Below are positions 1 through 10,305 of a stretch of DNA of 64,000 nucleotides, one piece after another; positions within the stretch are counted from its first letter, which is position 1; each line of letters starts with the position of its first letter. This DNA comes from Candidatus Eiseniibacteriota bacterium (GTDB taxonomy: Bacteria > Eisenbacteria > RBG-16-71-46): contig JBBRLX010000023.1 in NCBI GenBank assembly GCA_038231135.1, positions 1 through 64,000 on the forward strand, written 5' to 3'. Made by a program: the position numbers and the translations under genes. The notes below the pieces were generated by a model. The model saw nothing but the letters and a program-made list of their open reading frames with translations, did not search any database and had not been told where the DNA came from.

Positions 1-528
1 CTCCGTGAGCTTGGCGAGGCCGAAGTCGAGCACCTTGGCGAAGCCGTCGCTCGTGACCATGATGTTGCCCGGCTTGAGATCGCGGTGGACGATGCCGGCC
101 GCGTGCGCCTTGGCGATACCGTCGGCCGCCTGGGCGAGCCAACGGATCAGGGTGCGCAGGTCGGTGTGATCCTCATGGATGAGCGTCGAGAGCGTCTTGC
201 CGCTCACCAGCTCCATCGAGATGAAGTGGACCGGGTTCGAGTCGGTCTCGCTCGTGGAGCGTACCGTGTCGCGCCCGATCTCGTGGATGGTCACGATGTT
301 GGGATGGCTGAGCGACGACGCCGACTTGGCTTCGAGCACGAAGCGCCGGACGCGCTCCTCGCTGCGCACCATGTCGGGCGGCAGGATCTTGAGCGCCACG
401 TTGCGGCCGAGTGACTGGTCCTGGGCGAGATACACCTCGCCCATGCCACCGACTCCCAGCGGTCCGACGATGCGATAGTGGGAAATCTCGTCTTCGGGTC
501 GCAGCGTGCGCGCGGACTTCACCGCCAT
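1..528 (-). CDS. Ser/Thr protein kinase, N-terminal part (runs off window)
   Basis: Manual translation from ATG 528 (SD-like GGGAG): LGVGGMGEVY, VALKIL, VHRDLKPGNIM, KVLDFGLAK. Confidence 0.95.
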   Translation of the reverse strand, partial: MAVKSARTLRPEDEISHYRIVGPLGVGGMGEVYLAQDQSLGRNVALKILPPDMVRSEERVRRFVLEAKSASSLSHPNIVTIHEIGRDTVRSTSETDSNPVHFISMELVSGKTLSTLIHEDHTDLRTLIRWLAQAADGIAKAHAAGIVHRDLKPGNIMVTSDGFAKVLDFGLAKLTE

Positions 529-586
529 GGTCTTCTCCCGGGTATTGGGCAGGATCCTCGCGGAAGGTCTGATCGCCCGGGGGAGA

Positions 587-1018
587 TCACGGCAGCGTAC
601 CTGTGAACCACCGCACGAGCCACAGCGCCGCGAGCGCAAGTGAATTGACCGCCAGCGCATGGGGCAGCCAGCGATCCGGCCGCAGGCGCAGCCACCCCGC
701 GTTCCACAGCCCCCATATCGCCCACCCGCCCACGATCTGGAGCGTGAGCGCCGCGCCCCAGGGATGTAGCGAGAACGAACCCGCCACGTCGCCGCGCGCC
801 AGCAGTGTGAGCGAACGTGTGAGCCCGCAGATCGGGCAACTCACATGCGCCACCTGGCGCAGCAGGCAGACGGGCTCCATCCAGGTGCCCGTGGTGCCGG
901 CGCGAAGTGCCGCGATCGATCCGGCGGCGGCTGCGCCCGCGAGCGCCCACGCGGTCCATGCGACGGGCGACGAACCTGCGCGCCCGGATCGGACCACCCG
1001 CTCGAGTGCGATCGTCAC
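587..1018 (-). CDS. DUF2752-like membrane protein
   Basis: C-x8-CPICGLTRS...GD...S..LHP motif plus hydrophobic helices; GTG start overlaps upstream stop (GTGA). Confidence 0.8.
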   Translation of the reverse strand: MTIALERVVRSGRAGSSPVAWTAWALAGAAAAGSIAALRAGTTGTWMEPVCLLRQVAHVSCPICGLTRSLTLLARGDVAGSFSLHPWGAALTLQIVGGWAIWGLWNAGWLRLRPDRWLPHALAVNSLALAALWLVRWFTGTLP

Positions 1019-1959
1019 GCGCCCGCTCCCGGGCCCGGGAGCGTGGGAGGCGCGGCCTGGGTCTTCTCGTAGATCGACCACTCGGCACCGAACTGGGCCA
1101 GAAAATCGGGTCCCAGGCCGCGAAACGTCACCTCGACCGGCAGCAGGACCACAGAGCCCACGTAGGGAATCGCGAGCAGGAGGAACCCGACGCAGCAGGT
1201 CAGCAGCCCCGCGGACAGGACGGCCACGCCCACGACGATCGTGACGAGCAGATACAAGAGCGCGTAGGCCAGGAAGCTCAGCTTGTGATGGCCGAACAGC
1301 GAGAAGAACCGCTTCCATGCCGCCAGCACACCGAGATCGTCACGGTACATGATCGGGATGACGAACTGATTGAGGAACAGCGCAGCGCACGCGGCCACCA
1401 GCACGAACGGCAGCATCGCGGCCAGCCACCACACCACGAGGATCGCGGTGAGCCACTGCCAGCCCTCACCGGATGCAATCGCGCGGAGGACCGCCGGGAG
1501 CAGCGGCAACGAGATCGCGATCGCGATCGACCCGGCCAGGAAGATAAACACGAGCCGGAACACGAACAGCGAGTTCCCATGACAGGCATAGCGCTTCCAC
1601 GGCTCGACGATCGCTGCGCGTTCGCGCGCGACGTTGTCGAGGAAGATGAACTTGCCGCGGCTGCTCAGCCACATGAAGATCAGGATCCCGATCGCGAGCG
1701 CCGTCACGATCGCGAGCGCCAGAATTCCCCACACGGGATGGAGCAGGAATGCGGCCGCGTGACGGGCTGCCGCCGGCAGATCGGGTCTCGATCCGTGGCG
1801 CACCACCGTGGACTTCCCGCCGGAAAAGCTTGGAATGTGCCCGGACAGGAACGCGGCGAATCCGACCACGAACCAGGTCTCGAAGCGAAACGGCCTGAAC
1901 AGCATGCGGACCATGCGCGACCACGCCCGCTCCGCGGGCAGCGAATACGAAACGGCCAT
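1015..1959 (-). CDS. Multi-pass membrane protein of unknown function
   Basis: Several hydrophobic helices; AGAGG upstream of ATG 1959. Confidence 0.75.
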   Translation of the reverse strand: MAVSYSLPAERAWSRMVRMLFRPFRFETWFVVGFAAFLSGHIPSFSGGKSTVVRHGSRPDLPAAARHAAAFLLHPVWGILALAIVTALAIGILIFMWLSSRGKFIFLDNVARERAAIVEPWKRYACHGNSLFVFRLVFIFLAGSIAIAISLPLLPAVLRAIASGEGWQWLTAILVVWWLAAMLPFVLVAACAALFLNQFVIPIMYRDDLGVLAAWKRFFSLFGHHKLSFLAYALLYLLVTIVVGVAVLSAGLLTCCVGFLLLAIPYVGSVVLLPVEVTFRGLGPDFLAQFGAEWSIYEKTQAAPPTLPGPGAGA

Positions 1960-2089
1960 GGGGAACCTCTCTATGGGCTTCGAGTGCATTCCGCCACCCA
2001 TCGCATGAACGCGACGAGCCGTGGCGCGACCGATTACCGCATACGCGAGGCTCGGACAATACCATTCGAGAGAGCCCGCGGCGCGGCGT

Positions 2090-2644
2090 TCAATCGTGCC
2101 CCCGACCCCGCCACAGCCGCCCGGCGAAAAACAGCAACGCCGTGACCGCTATGAGCACAATCCAGGCGATCGGCCGGTGCGCGAACGCCTCGAGACCGAT
2201 GAACCAGCGATACCGCTTGAGAAACACGCCGCCCGCCACCAGCATCGAGTTGTGCGTGCCCTGGCCGATGGCCTGGGCCAGCAGGAACAGCAGCACCGAG
2301 TAGCGTGTGATGCCGGCGAGGCCGCTCGACACGAGGTGGGGCGTGGGGGTCGACGTCAGCAGCACCTGCAGCAGGAACATGTGCGATCGCGCCCAGCGCC
2401 GGTAGCGCTCGAGCTTGGGATCGGTCTCGATGAACTGCCGCCACTTGGGAGGGGTGGCCCACCGCGCCACCGCGTAGCCCGGCAGCATGCCCAGCGTGCC
2501 CCCCGCTGTCGACACGATCAACACCGCCCACCACGGCTCGGTGATGACGGCGCCGGCGGTGAGCGCCATGCGCACCGCGAACAGCCAGGGAAACGACGGC
2601 GTCAGAATGTTGATCCAGAACAGTTGCCACAGCGGACCGGTCAG
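2090..2644 (-). CDS. DedA/VTT-like membrane protein (probable CTG start)
   Basis: GGTLG..PGY.VARW and P.P..VSSGLAGITRY..LLFLLAQAIG pattern; GGGGAGG then CTG overlapping pip stop. Confidence 0.65.
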   Translation of the reverse strand: MTGPLWQLFWINILTPSFPWLFAVRMALTAGAVITEPWWAVLIVSTAGGTLGMLPGYAVARWATPPKWRQFIETDPKLERYRRWARSHMFLLQVLLTSTPTPHLVSSGLAGITRYSVLLFLLAQAIGQGTHNSMLVAGGVFLKRYRWFIGLEAFAHRPIAWIVLIAVTALLFFAGRLWRGRGHD

Positions 2645-3603
2645 GACTTCCTCCCCAGGGTCGCGGACAGAGCTTCGACGACCGCGGCGAGGAACGTGTC
2701 GCCGCCGCCATGCCCGGCATCGTCGAGGATATGAAGCCGGCTCGTGGTCCAGCGACGGGACAGCCGCCAGGCGGTCTCCAGCGGGCCGCTGACGTCGTAG
2801 CGGCCGTGGATGAGGACGCCCGGAATGCCGTTCAGCGTGGGTGCGTCCCGAATCAATTGATCGTCCTCGAGGAACGCGGCGTGACGCCAGTAGTGCGTGA
2901 CGAGTCGCGCGAATCGCAACCGAAATTCCGGGTCGTCGAATCGCGGGTTTGGAGTGTGGCCGGGCGTGAGCGAGACGTGGGCATTCTCCCAGGCGCACCA
3001 TTCGCGCGCCGCATGCTCGCGCACCGCTGGATCGGCGTCGAGCAGCAGTGTGGCGTACGCATCGACCAGTGGCAGTGGCTTCAGCGCATCGGGTACGACC
3101 GCTGCGAACCGTTCCCACTCCTGCGGGAAGATGCGGCCGACGTCCCGGGTCAGCCACTCGACCTCGCGGCGCGACGTCGTAGTCACGAGCGCCAGCACCA
3201 GCGCCGTCACCCGCCGTGGGTGGGCCTGCGCGTAGGCGAGGCCCAGCGTCGTTCCCCAGGACAGGCCGAGGACGGTCCAGCGCTCGACGCCCAGGTGCCG
3301 GCGCAGCGCTTCGATGTCGGCGATCAGGTGGGCGGTCGTGTTGGTGCTCAAATCGGCGTCGGGCTCACTGGCCAGCGGCCGGCTGCGTCCGGACCCGCGC
3401 TGGTCGAACAACACCGCGCGGTACGCGCCGGGATCGAAGAACCGCCGCTGACCCGGCGTCGCGCCCGAGCCGGGCCCGCCATGGAGGTAGAGCGCCGGCT
3501 GGCCGTCGGGGTTGCCGCAGCATTCCCAATACACCCGATGACCGTCGCCCACCTCGAGCATGCCGCTGTCGTACGGGTCGATCGCCGGGAATCTGCCGGT
3601 CAT
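2641..3603 (-). CDS. pip: Proline iminopeptidase (S33)
   Basis: GNPDG, LHGGPGSG, FDQRGSGRSRP, GLSWG nucleophile, HGRYD, DAGH. Confidence 0.95.
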   Translation of the reverse strand: MTGRFPAIDPYDSGMLEVGDGHRVYWECCGNPDGQPALYLHGGPGSGATPGQRRFFDPGAYRAVLFDQRGSGRSRPLASEPDADLSTNTTAHLIADIEALRRHLGVERWTVLGLSWGTTLGLAYAQAHPRRVTALVLALVTTTSRREVEWLTRDVGRIFPQEWERFAAVVPDALKPLPLVDAYATLLLDADPAVREHAAREWCAWENAHVSLTPGHTPNPRFDDPEFRLRFARLVTHYWRHAAFLEDDQLIRDAPTLNGIPGVLIHGRYDVSGPLETAWRLSRRWTTSRLHILDDAGHGGGDTFLAAVVEALSATLGRKS

Positions 3604-3756
3604 CCGTCATCCTCTCTTCCAACCTGGTCCGGAGTCGCACGACCCGCGAGTGCACGACGACGCGTGGGGCGGCTGGAACGCGGCTATACTGCCGCGATTC
3701 CGGCAGCGGGTGCGAGAGACTACGCTATGCGGGTTGATGTTTCATTGGAGGTAGCC

Positions 3757-4269
3757 ATGACCGCGAGTCTCACCGACATCCTCTGCACCCAATGCGGCCT
3801 GTGCTGCGACGGGACGCTGCTCGCCGATGTCGAGCTCGCAGGCCGCGACGAAGTCGCGATGCTCGAGGTGCTGGGACTCGAGGTCGAGGATGCAGACGGC
3901 GATCACAACGGGCTGCTGCTGCTGCCCTGCGGGGCGTTGAAGGGAACGCGCTGCAGCATCTACGAACACCGTCCGGGCTGCTGCCGCACGTTCGAATGCC
4001 GGTTGCTGCAGGAGACGACGCGCGGTGTCGTGGAGGTGCACCGGGCCCAGGCGACGATCGCCGATGCCCGGCGCCGCATCGCGCACATCCAGTCGCTGCT
4101 CGTCACACTCGGGCAGGACGATCTGCGGCTGTCACTCAAAGAGCGCTGCGCCGACGCGCTGGCCATGGCCGAGGAGTCCGATGGCGGCTCGGAGGCGCAG
4201 CGGACGCGCGACGAGCTCGAGGCGAACATGGAGTCGCTGGACAGCGTGATTCGCCAGTCGTTCCTCTGA
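3757..4269 (+). CDS. YkgJ/CxxCxxCC cysteine-cluster protein
   Basis: CTQCGLCCDG...PC...CSIYEHRPGCCRTFEC; GGAGG SD. Confidence 0.85.
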   Translation: MTASLTDILCTQCGLCCDGTLLADVELAGRDEVAMLEVLGLEVEDADGDHNGLLLLPCGALKGTRCSIYEHRPGCCRTFECRLLQETTRGVVEVHRAQATIADARRRIAHIQSLLVTLGQDDLRLSLKERCADALAMAEESDGGSEAQRTRDELEANMESLDSVIRQSFL

Positions 4270-4456
4270 GCCCGAGCCCCTGGGATTCGATTCGAAAGCC
4301 CTTGATCCTCCGGCGGTCGCGCGAGCACACTGCGTCACGGGAGACCGCGCCGCCCCCGGCGCGTCGCCGCCATTCGATCGTCCAGGAATCGGCCGGCCCT
4401 CGAGCGAAATCCGCTTCCGGACACCGATCCCTCGCGGTACGAGCCCGAGGTGAGCC

Positions 4457-6895
4457 GTGACGTCATCCAGCCTCCGCATTCCGTTGATACTCATCGCTGC
4501 CGCCTGCGCACTCGTGTTCGCGGCCCTTCCCGTCCGGGCGGCATGGCCGCAGGATCCCAGCGCCAATCTGCCAATTTCGACAGCGCCCATGGACCAGCGC
4601 AATCCGATTTCGATCTCCGACGGGTCCGGCGGCACGATCGTGGCGTGGATCGATTCCAGCGGAGGCGTGACGAGCGGCCTGCGCGCCCAGCGTGTGAGCG
4701 CTTCGGGGGCGCCGCTGTGGGGCGCCAACGGGCTCGCGGTGTACGCGGGCGACGGTAATCTCGACACCCCGTCGATCGCTCCCGATGGCGGCGGCGGCGC
4801 GATCATCGCGTGGACGGATTTCCGCACGGGCACGACGGCCGGCGACCTGTACGCCCAGCGCATCAACGCCGCCGGCGTTCCGCAATGGACGGTTGACGGT
4901 GCGGTCGTGAGCAACGCCACGAACGGTCAGAGATTCAGCGTGATCGTGTCCGATGGAGTGGGTGGTGCGATTCTCGTCTGGCAGGATTCCCGCAACTTCA
5001 AGCCGCAGATCTTCGCCCAGCGCATCGACGCCGCCGGAACTTCGCAGTGGCCGGGTGATGTCCAGGTGTTCGCGGGATGCGCGGACTGTCAGGCGTTGCT
5101 TCCGGTCACGGTTTCCGATGGAGCCGGCGGGGTCATCGTCGCCTGGGGGTTGTATCACTCGGGGGATCCGTTCAACCTGGATATCAACGCGCAGCGACTG
5201 AACGCCGCGGGCGTGCCCCAATGGGCTGAGGATGGGATTTCCGTGTGCAACGCCCCCAGCATTCAGACGCAGGTCGGCATCACCACCGACGGTGCGGGTG
5301 GCGCGATCATGGCCTGGATCGATACGCGCAATGGCATCACCGAGAGTGGCATCTACGCCCAGCGCGTCAGCGACACGGGCCTGACACGCTGGACGCCGAA
5401 CGGCGTGGCGCTCCGATCGATCGGCGACACGCCGCAGTACCCCGCACTGGTTTCGGACGGCGCCGGGGGCGCGATCGTGGCCTGGGAGGACAATCGGAGC
5501 GGTCCGTACGACATCTACGGACAGCGTGTGAACGGCAGCGGCGTGCCGCAATGGACCCCCAACGGCGTCGCGGTGTGTGCCGCGGTCGGAGACCAGTTCG
5601 GCCCGCACGTCGTGCCCGACGGCACGGGAGGGGCGATCGTGTGCTGGCAGGACGTGCGCGGCATCGACTCCGACGTCTACGCGCAGCGCGTGACGTTCGT
5701 GGGCGCCGCGGCATGGACGCCCGATGGGATCCCGGTCAGCACCGCGATCGGCGACCAACTCGCGCCCACGATCGTGCCGGACGGCGCCGGCGGGGCCATC
5801 CTCGCCTGGATGGACGATCGCAGCGGGACGAACTTCGACATCTACGCCCAGCGCATCGAGCGCGGCGGCCAGCTCGGCCGGCCCGAACCGATCATCGCGA
5901 GCGTAAGGGACGTTCCGAACGACCAGGGCGGCAGGGTGAAGGTCGCGTGGCTCGCCAGCTATCTCGATGCCGCAGGCAGCCCGAAACCCATCGGCGACTA
6001 TCGCGTGTGGCGCTCGGCGCCGCCGAACTCGATTCCCGCGCAGGCGTTCTCGGGGACACATGGCGTGGCCCCGGGACGGGTCATGGCCGCCGGAGACCGC
6101 TTCCTCCGAATCGTATCCGCGGCGGGCGACGTCGGATTCTGGGAATACCTGGTCTCGTTGCCCGCGGCGCAACTGCCGAGCTACAGCTACGTGGCCCCGA
6201 CCACCGGCGACATGGTCGACGGGTCGAATCCGTACACGCTGTTCATGATCGAGGCACAGGCACTGGATGGCTCGCACTGGTTCTCGGCGCCCGACAGCGG
6301 GTACTCGATCGACAACCTGCCCCCGCTCGCCCCGGGCGCGTTCACGGCCAAGTACATACATGGCGACATCGTGCTGCTGTGGGCCCACAGTCCCGAAGCC
6401 GATTTCGCGAAGTACCGCATCTATCGCGGGCCGAACGCCGCGTTCGTTCCCGGCCCCGCCAACCGGGTCGCGGAGCAGAGCGACATCGGATACGTCGAAC
6501 ACCAGCTGCCCGATCACTGGTACAAGCTGTCGGCGACCGATTCCCACGGCAACGAGGGCCCGTTCGCGCAGCTCGGTCCCTCGGACATCCTCGGCGCGCC
6601 CGGCGAGGGCGAGCCGGGGACGCTGTGGCTCTCGTCGCCACGCCCGAATCCGATGAGCGATGACGCCACGTTCGCGTTTGGAGTTCCGACCAGCGCCCGG
6701 GTTGTGCTCGCGATCTACGATCTCGAAGGCCGCCGCGTGCGGATTCTGGTCGACGAGACGGTGCCGGCGGGGGAACATCCGGTGTTCTGGGACGGAACCA
6801 GCGACCGCGGCGTCCGTGTTCCGGGTGGCCTCTACCTCTATCGACTCGATGCGCTCGGCCGGCGGCTGACGGGGAGGCTCGTCACGGTCCGCTGA
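4457..6895 (+). CDS. Secreted repeat (beta-propeller-like) protein with FlgD-Ig/T9SS-like C-terminal domain
   Basis: Signal peptide; eight DGxGGxIxxW...xxxQR repeats; C-terminal PNP...IYDLEGRRVR...WDG...GLYLYRL. Confidence 0.88.
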   Translation: MTSSSLRIPLILIAAACALVFAALPVRAAWPQDPSANLPISTAPMDQRNPISISDGSGGTIVAWIDSSGGVTSGLRAQRVSASGAPLWGANGLAVYAGDGNLDTPSIAPDGGGGAIIAWTDFRTGTTAGDLYAQRINAAGVPQWTVDGAVVSNATNGQRFSVIVSDGVGGAILVWQDSRNFKPQIFAQRIDAAGTSQWPGDVQVFAGCADCQALLPVTVSDGAGGVIVAWGLYHSGDPFNLDINAQRLNAAGVPQWAEDGISVCNAPSIQTQVGITTDGAGGAIMAWIDTRNGITESGIYAQRVSDTGLTRWTPNGVALRSIGDTPQYPALVSDGAGGAIVAWEDNRSGPYDIYGQRVNGSGVPQWTPNGVAVCAAVGDQFGPHVVPDGTGGAIVCWQDVRGIDSDVYAQRVTFVGAAAWTPDGIPVSTAIGDQLAPTIVPDGAGGAILAWMDDRSGTNFDIYAQRIERGGQLGRPEPIIASVRDVPNDQGGRVKVAWLASYLDAAGSPKPIGDYRVWRSAPPNSIPAQAFSGTHGVAPGRVMAAGDRFLRIVSAAGDVGFWEYLVSLPAAQLPSYSYVAPTTGDMVDGSNPYTLFMIEAQALDGSHWFSAPDSGYSIDNLPPLAPGAFTAKYIHGDIVLLWAHSPEADFAKYRIYRGPNAAFVPGPANRVAEQSDIGYVEHQLPDHWYKLSATDSHGNEGPFAQLGPSDILGAPGEGEPGTLWLSSPRPNPMSDDATFAFGVPTSARVVLAIYDLEGRRVRILVDETVPAGEHPVFWDGTSDRGVRVPGGLYLYRLDALGRRLTGRLVTVR

Positions 6896-6909
6896 TTGAC
6901 CGCGTTCCG

Positions 6910-7782
6910 TCAATCGCTCACGAAGAACACCATCGGGTTGCGCGTGCCCGAATGGATCGGCCCGTCGAAGCCGAGCATCTGCCGGAGGCACGCCAGGCGA
7001 TGATGGGCCGCGGGCGCGGCCGCTCGCGATGCCGTGAAATACGCCAGGTCCTGTCGCTCCAGCCATTCGAGCAGCACCACGCCCTCGTTAACCCGGCGCG
7101 TCAGCCGGCCCGGCAGCCCGCCAAACCGCGTGCCGGGGCGATCGGCGTGGAACACGTCGTGGACGCTCACGGGAGTGCCCGGACGCAGTCGCGGCATCAG
7201 CGTGGCGAGATACCAGTCGGCGAACTCCGCCGAGTGATCGGAGTCGAGGAACAGATAGTCGATCGCCTCCGGCAGCCGGTCGAGATTGCGCCGCACGTCC
7301 CCGTGGACAAACGTCCAGCGATCGCGCGCGGCCGCGGATGCCAGGGTGTGCGTGGCGTCGTCGACGAGGTCGTACGAGTACAGGTGCCCGGCGCCGTTGG
7401 ACTCCAGCGCCTCGAGAATCCACGACGTCGACCACCCGCTGCCCGATGATATTTCGACCACGCTGGACGGGCGCGTCTCACGCACCAGCATATACGTGAT
7501 TTCGGCCTCGATGTCGTCGATCGCCGGCAGCATCAACGGGCGGCGGAACCGGCCCAGGCCTAGTCTTAGGATGGCCGCCTCGACCGCCCGGCTGGCCGGA
7601 CCGAGGCCGCGGATGAACACCGGCCGCAGTCCCCAAGGATCGACCATACGCTCGTAGCGGGCGCGTTGCGCCTCGCGCACGCGGATCAGATCCGCGTGAT
7701 ACTTCCGATAGAGCATCTCGATGGTCTCGACGTCGAGCTGCGGCGTCGCGTGGTCCGTCCCGGCCAGCCGGCTCTCGCTCAT
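6910..7782 (-). CDS. Class I SAM-dependent methyltransferase (Methyltransf_24-like)
   Basis: VVEISSGSGWST, FVHGD, IDYLFLDSDHS, LRPG..VSVHD. Confidence 0.85.
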   Translation of the reverse strand: MSESRLAGTDHATPQLDVETIEMLYRKYHADLIRVREAQRARYERMVDPWGLRPVFIRGLGPASRAVEAAILRLGLGRFRRPLMLPAIDDIEAEITYMLVRETRPSSVVEISSGSGWSTSWILEALESNGAGHLYSYDLVDDATHTLASAAARDRWTFVHGDVRRNLDRLPEAIDYLFLDSDHSAEFADWYLATLMPRLRPGTPVSVHDVFHADRPGTRFGGLPGRLTRRVNEGVVLLEWLERQDLAYFTASRAAAPAAHHRLACLRQMLGFDGPIHSGTRNPMVFFVSD

Positions 7783-8369
7783 TGGGACTCCTGCGTGCGG
7801 CGCGGGCGTCCTTCCGGCTCGGAATAGGTCGATAGCGGCCGCTCGCGGATCGCCCAACCGGTGATGATCGAGAACCGCGAGCCGTTGTGATCGGTCGCGA
7901 CCGCCAGGTTCACGGGAACGCTGATGCCTCCGAAGCGGAACGACCGGCCGGCGGCGACGACGAGCGAGCTGTTCAGGAATCGGGGACCGCCGAGCGAGGC
8001 GCTCGGACCGATGCCGAATTCGTAGCCGTTCGGCAGCCGCATGCCGAACACCAGCGTGCCGCTGGGCACGAACACGCGGTCTTCGACGCCGCCGGCGAGC
8101 AGAATGGTCTCGACGACGAACCACGGACCGGGAGTCGCGGGCGTGGCCTGATGCTCGAAGTGCCACCCGAACTGGCTGCGCGCCCTGCCGTCGCGAGACA
8201 TCGTGATTCCCGCGCGTGGCCCGCTGAGATCGTACTGCCGGACGTTCGCGGCCGGCTCGTTGGGATCTTCGGGCGGCGGGGGCGGATACGCGGACTGCGC
8301 CAGCGCCAGCGTGGGCGAGAACAGCAGCATCAGGACCAGCATGCAGCCACGACTTCGTGATGGTTTCAT
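7779..8369 (-). CDS. Secreted beta-strand-rich hypothetical protein
   Basis: Signal peptide ending ALA; alternating beta-strand pattern; stop overlaps methyltransferase start (ATGA). Confidence 0.7.
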   Translation of the reverse strand: MKPSRSRGCMLVLMLLFSPTLALAQSAYPPPPPEDPNEPAANVRQYDLSGPRAGITMSRDGRARSQFGWHFEHQATPATPGPWFVVETILLAGGVEDRVFVPSGTLVFGMRLPNGYEFGIGPSASLGGPRFLNSSLVVAAGRSFRFGGISVPVNLAVATDHNGSRFSIITGWAIRERPLSTYSEPEGRPRRTQESQ

Positions 8370-8467
8370 GGGGAGCCTGCCTTCGCGTGTGCGGAGCATC
8401 CCGGTGGTGAGGGTCCCCACGTTCCGGATTCTCCGCGTGATCACCTGTGTGCTCGCGGGACAGCTAC

Positions 8468-8483
8468 TGCAGGGGGCATGCCG
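8468..8483 (-). promoter_or_regulatory. Sigma-54 (-24/-12) promoter
   Basis: CGGCATGCCCCCTGCA = GG-N10-GC, about 100 bp upstream of 8369, divergent from a sigma-54 activator gene. Confidence 0.65.
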
Positions 8484-8751
8484 GAGCGATTGCGCTCACC
8501 GGGCGGCGTAACTGCCGAATTCTCGTGCGACGAGGCGACATTCGAGGCGGTCACACTGTCGAATCGTGGAGTCGGCTCCATGAATGTGGAGGACCCCGGG
8601 CCGCGGCGAGCCCTCGAGGGGGCCCACGGCGAGGCCGGGCGGCACGCAGCGGGCCGGCGGCGCCTCGCGTATACTGCCCGCCGACCTCCTGCAATGCGCC
8701 CCTCGAGCGGCACCGCGTTCACATCACGGACCCGGTTCCATGGAGTGATCG

Positions 8752-10305
8752 ATGGCCGACGTATTCCAGCCCGCGACGACCGAGCTGATCGAAGCGCTCC
8801 ACGGCGTGCTCCGCCAGGTGGCGGAGCCCACCCACGTTCTCAAGATCATCCTCGAACAGGCGGTGTCGCGAACCGGCGCCGAGCGCGGCCTGTTCGTGGA
8901 GGTGGCGGAGGCGGGCCAGCTCGAATATCGCGTGCTCCACGGCTTCAGCCCGCAACAGCTCGAAGGCGATGCCGGCCAGTTCAGTCGCAGCCTGTTCACG
9001 CGCGTGAGCGAGACCGGCGAGGACGTGCTGCTCGCCAGCGCCACCGACGATCCATATTTCGCGGGCATCCAGTCCGTCCGCGCGCTGCGCGTCGCCTCGA
9101 TGCTGTGCATGCCGATCCACGCCGCTGGGCGCGTGGCGGCGATCGTCCATCTCGAGCACCGCCGCGAGGGGCACTTCACCGCCGCCCATCGCGAGCAGTT
9201 GCGCTCGTTGCTCGACCTCGCGGGTCCGGTGCTCGAGACGCTCAAGGCCGGCCGCACGGTGATCGGCGAGCGCGACCGGCTGCACGCGTCCGAGACCCGG
9301 TTGCGCTCCGAGGCCGAGGAGAGCCGCAAGCTGCTGCGCTCGGACTGGTCGTTCGGACGGTTCGTCGGGCGCTCCCAGGTAGTGCGGGACCTCGAAGTCA
9401 CCGTACGGCGCGTCGCCGCGACGAATTTCCCGGTGCTGCTGCTCGGCGAGTCCGGCACCGGCAAGAGCGTGATCGCGCGGGTGATCCACTATGGCAGCGC
9501 GCGCGCGGCACATCCGCTCATAACCGTGTTCTGTCCGTCGCTCGAGCGGGGCATGGTCGAGGCCGAGCTGTTCGGCCACAAGAAGGGATCGTTCACGGGG
9601 GCGCAGGCGGACCGGATCGGCAAGGTCCAGGCCGCGGATCAGGGCACGCTGTTCCTCGACGAGATCGGCGAGCTGCCGCTCGAGATCCAGCCCAAGCTGC
9701 TGCGGCTGCTGCAGGAGAAGACGTTCGAGCAGATGGGCGACCCAAAGGAGCGGCACGCCGATCTGCGGGTGATCGCGGCCACGAATCGCGACCTGGAATA
9801 CGAGGTCGAACAGGGGCGGTTCCGGCGCGATCTCTATGAACGGCTCAACTACGTGCCCGTCCGCATCCCGCCGCTGCGCGAGCGCGTGGACGACATCGCG
9901 TTGCTGCTCCGCCACGCGCTGGATCAGAGCGAATCGGGCCGCTGGATCGAAGTCTCGGCCGCCGCCGAACAGTGCCTGCGCGATCTCGACTATGCGTGGC
10001 CTGGCAACGTCCGGCACCTCGAACAGCTCGCGGCGCGCCTGTCGCTGGGCGGCGTGACGTCGCCGGTGACGCCGGAGGCGATCCTCGAGCTGCTGAACTG
10101 GCGCCCGCCGGCCGGGGCGACGACCGCCACGGCGAACGATCTGTCGCAGGGCCTGCCGTCGCTGCTCGAGGACGCCGAACGCAGCTGGCTCGGCGAGGCG
10201 CTCCGGATCTATCCCGGCCTGACGCGGGCTGAGCTCGCGGCGCGGCTCAAGATCAGCGAGTCCGCGCTGTACAAGAAGCTGCGGCACTACGGGCTCGGCG
10301 CATGA
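8752..10305 (+). CDS. GAF-domain sigma-54-dependent transcriptional activator
   Basis: GAF region, GESGTGKS, ELFGHKKGSFTGA, LFLDEIGEL, WPGNVR, C-terminal HTH. Confidence 0.93.
   Translation: MADVFQPATTELIEALHGVLRQVAEPTHVLKIILEQAVSRTGAERGLFVEVAEAGQLEYRVLHGFSPQQLEGDAGQFSRSLFTRVSETGEDVLLASATDDPYFAGIQSVRALRVASMLCMPIHAAGRVAAIVHLEHRREGHFTAAHREQLRSLLDLAGPVLETLKAGRTVIGERDRLHASETRLRSEAEESRKLLRSDWSFGRFVGRSQVVRDLEVTVRRVAATNFPVLLLGESGTGKSVIARVIHYGSARAAHPLITVFCPSLERGMVEAELFGHKKGSFTGAQADRIGKVQAADQGTLFLDEIGELPLEIQPKLLRLLQEKTFEQMGDPKERHADLRVIAATNRDLEYEVEQGRFRRDLYERLNYVPVRIPPLRERVDDIALLLRHALDQSESGRWIEVSAAAEQCLRDLDYAWPGNVRHLEQLAARLSLGGVTSPVTPEAILELLNWRPPAGATTATANDLSQGLPSLLEDAERSWLGEALRIYPGLTRAELAARLKISESALYKKLRHYGLGA

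Noticed and set aside
4463..7066. Long antisense or alternative-frame ORFs (also 15475-17799, 32975-35539, 47383-49653, 47880-50414)
   Set aside because: Shadow ORFs of real genes, expected at high GC; Arg/Ala/Gly-rich with no motifs.
9565..9606. GSFTGA instead of GAFTGA in both sigma-54 activators
   Set aside because: Common natural variant; not evidence of sigma-54 independence.
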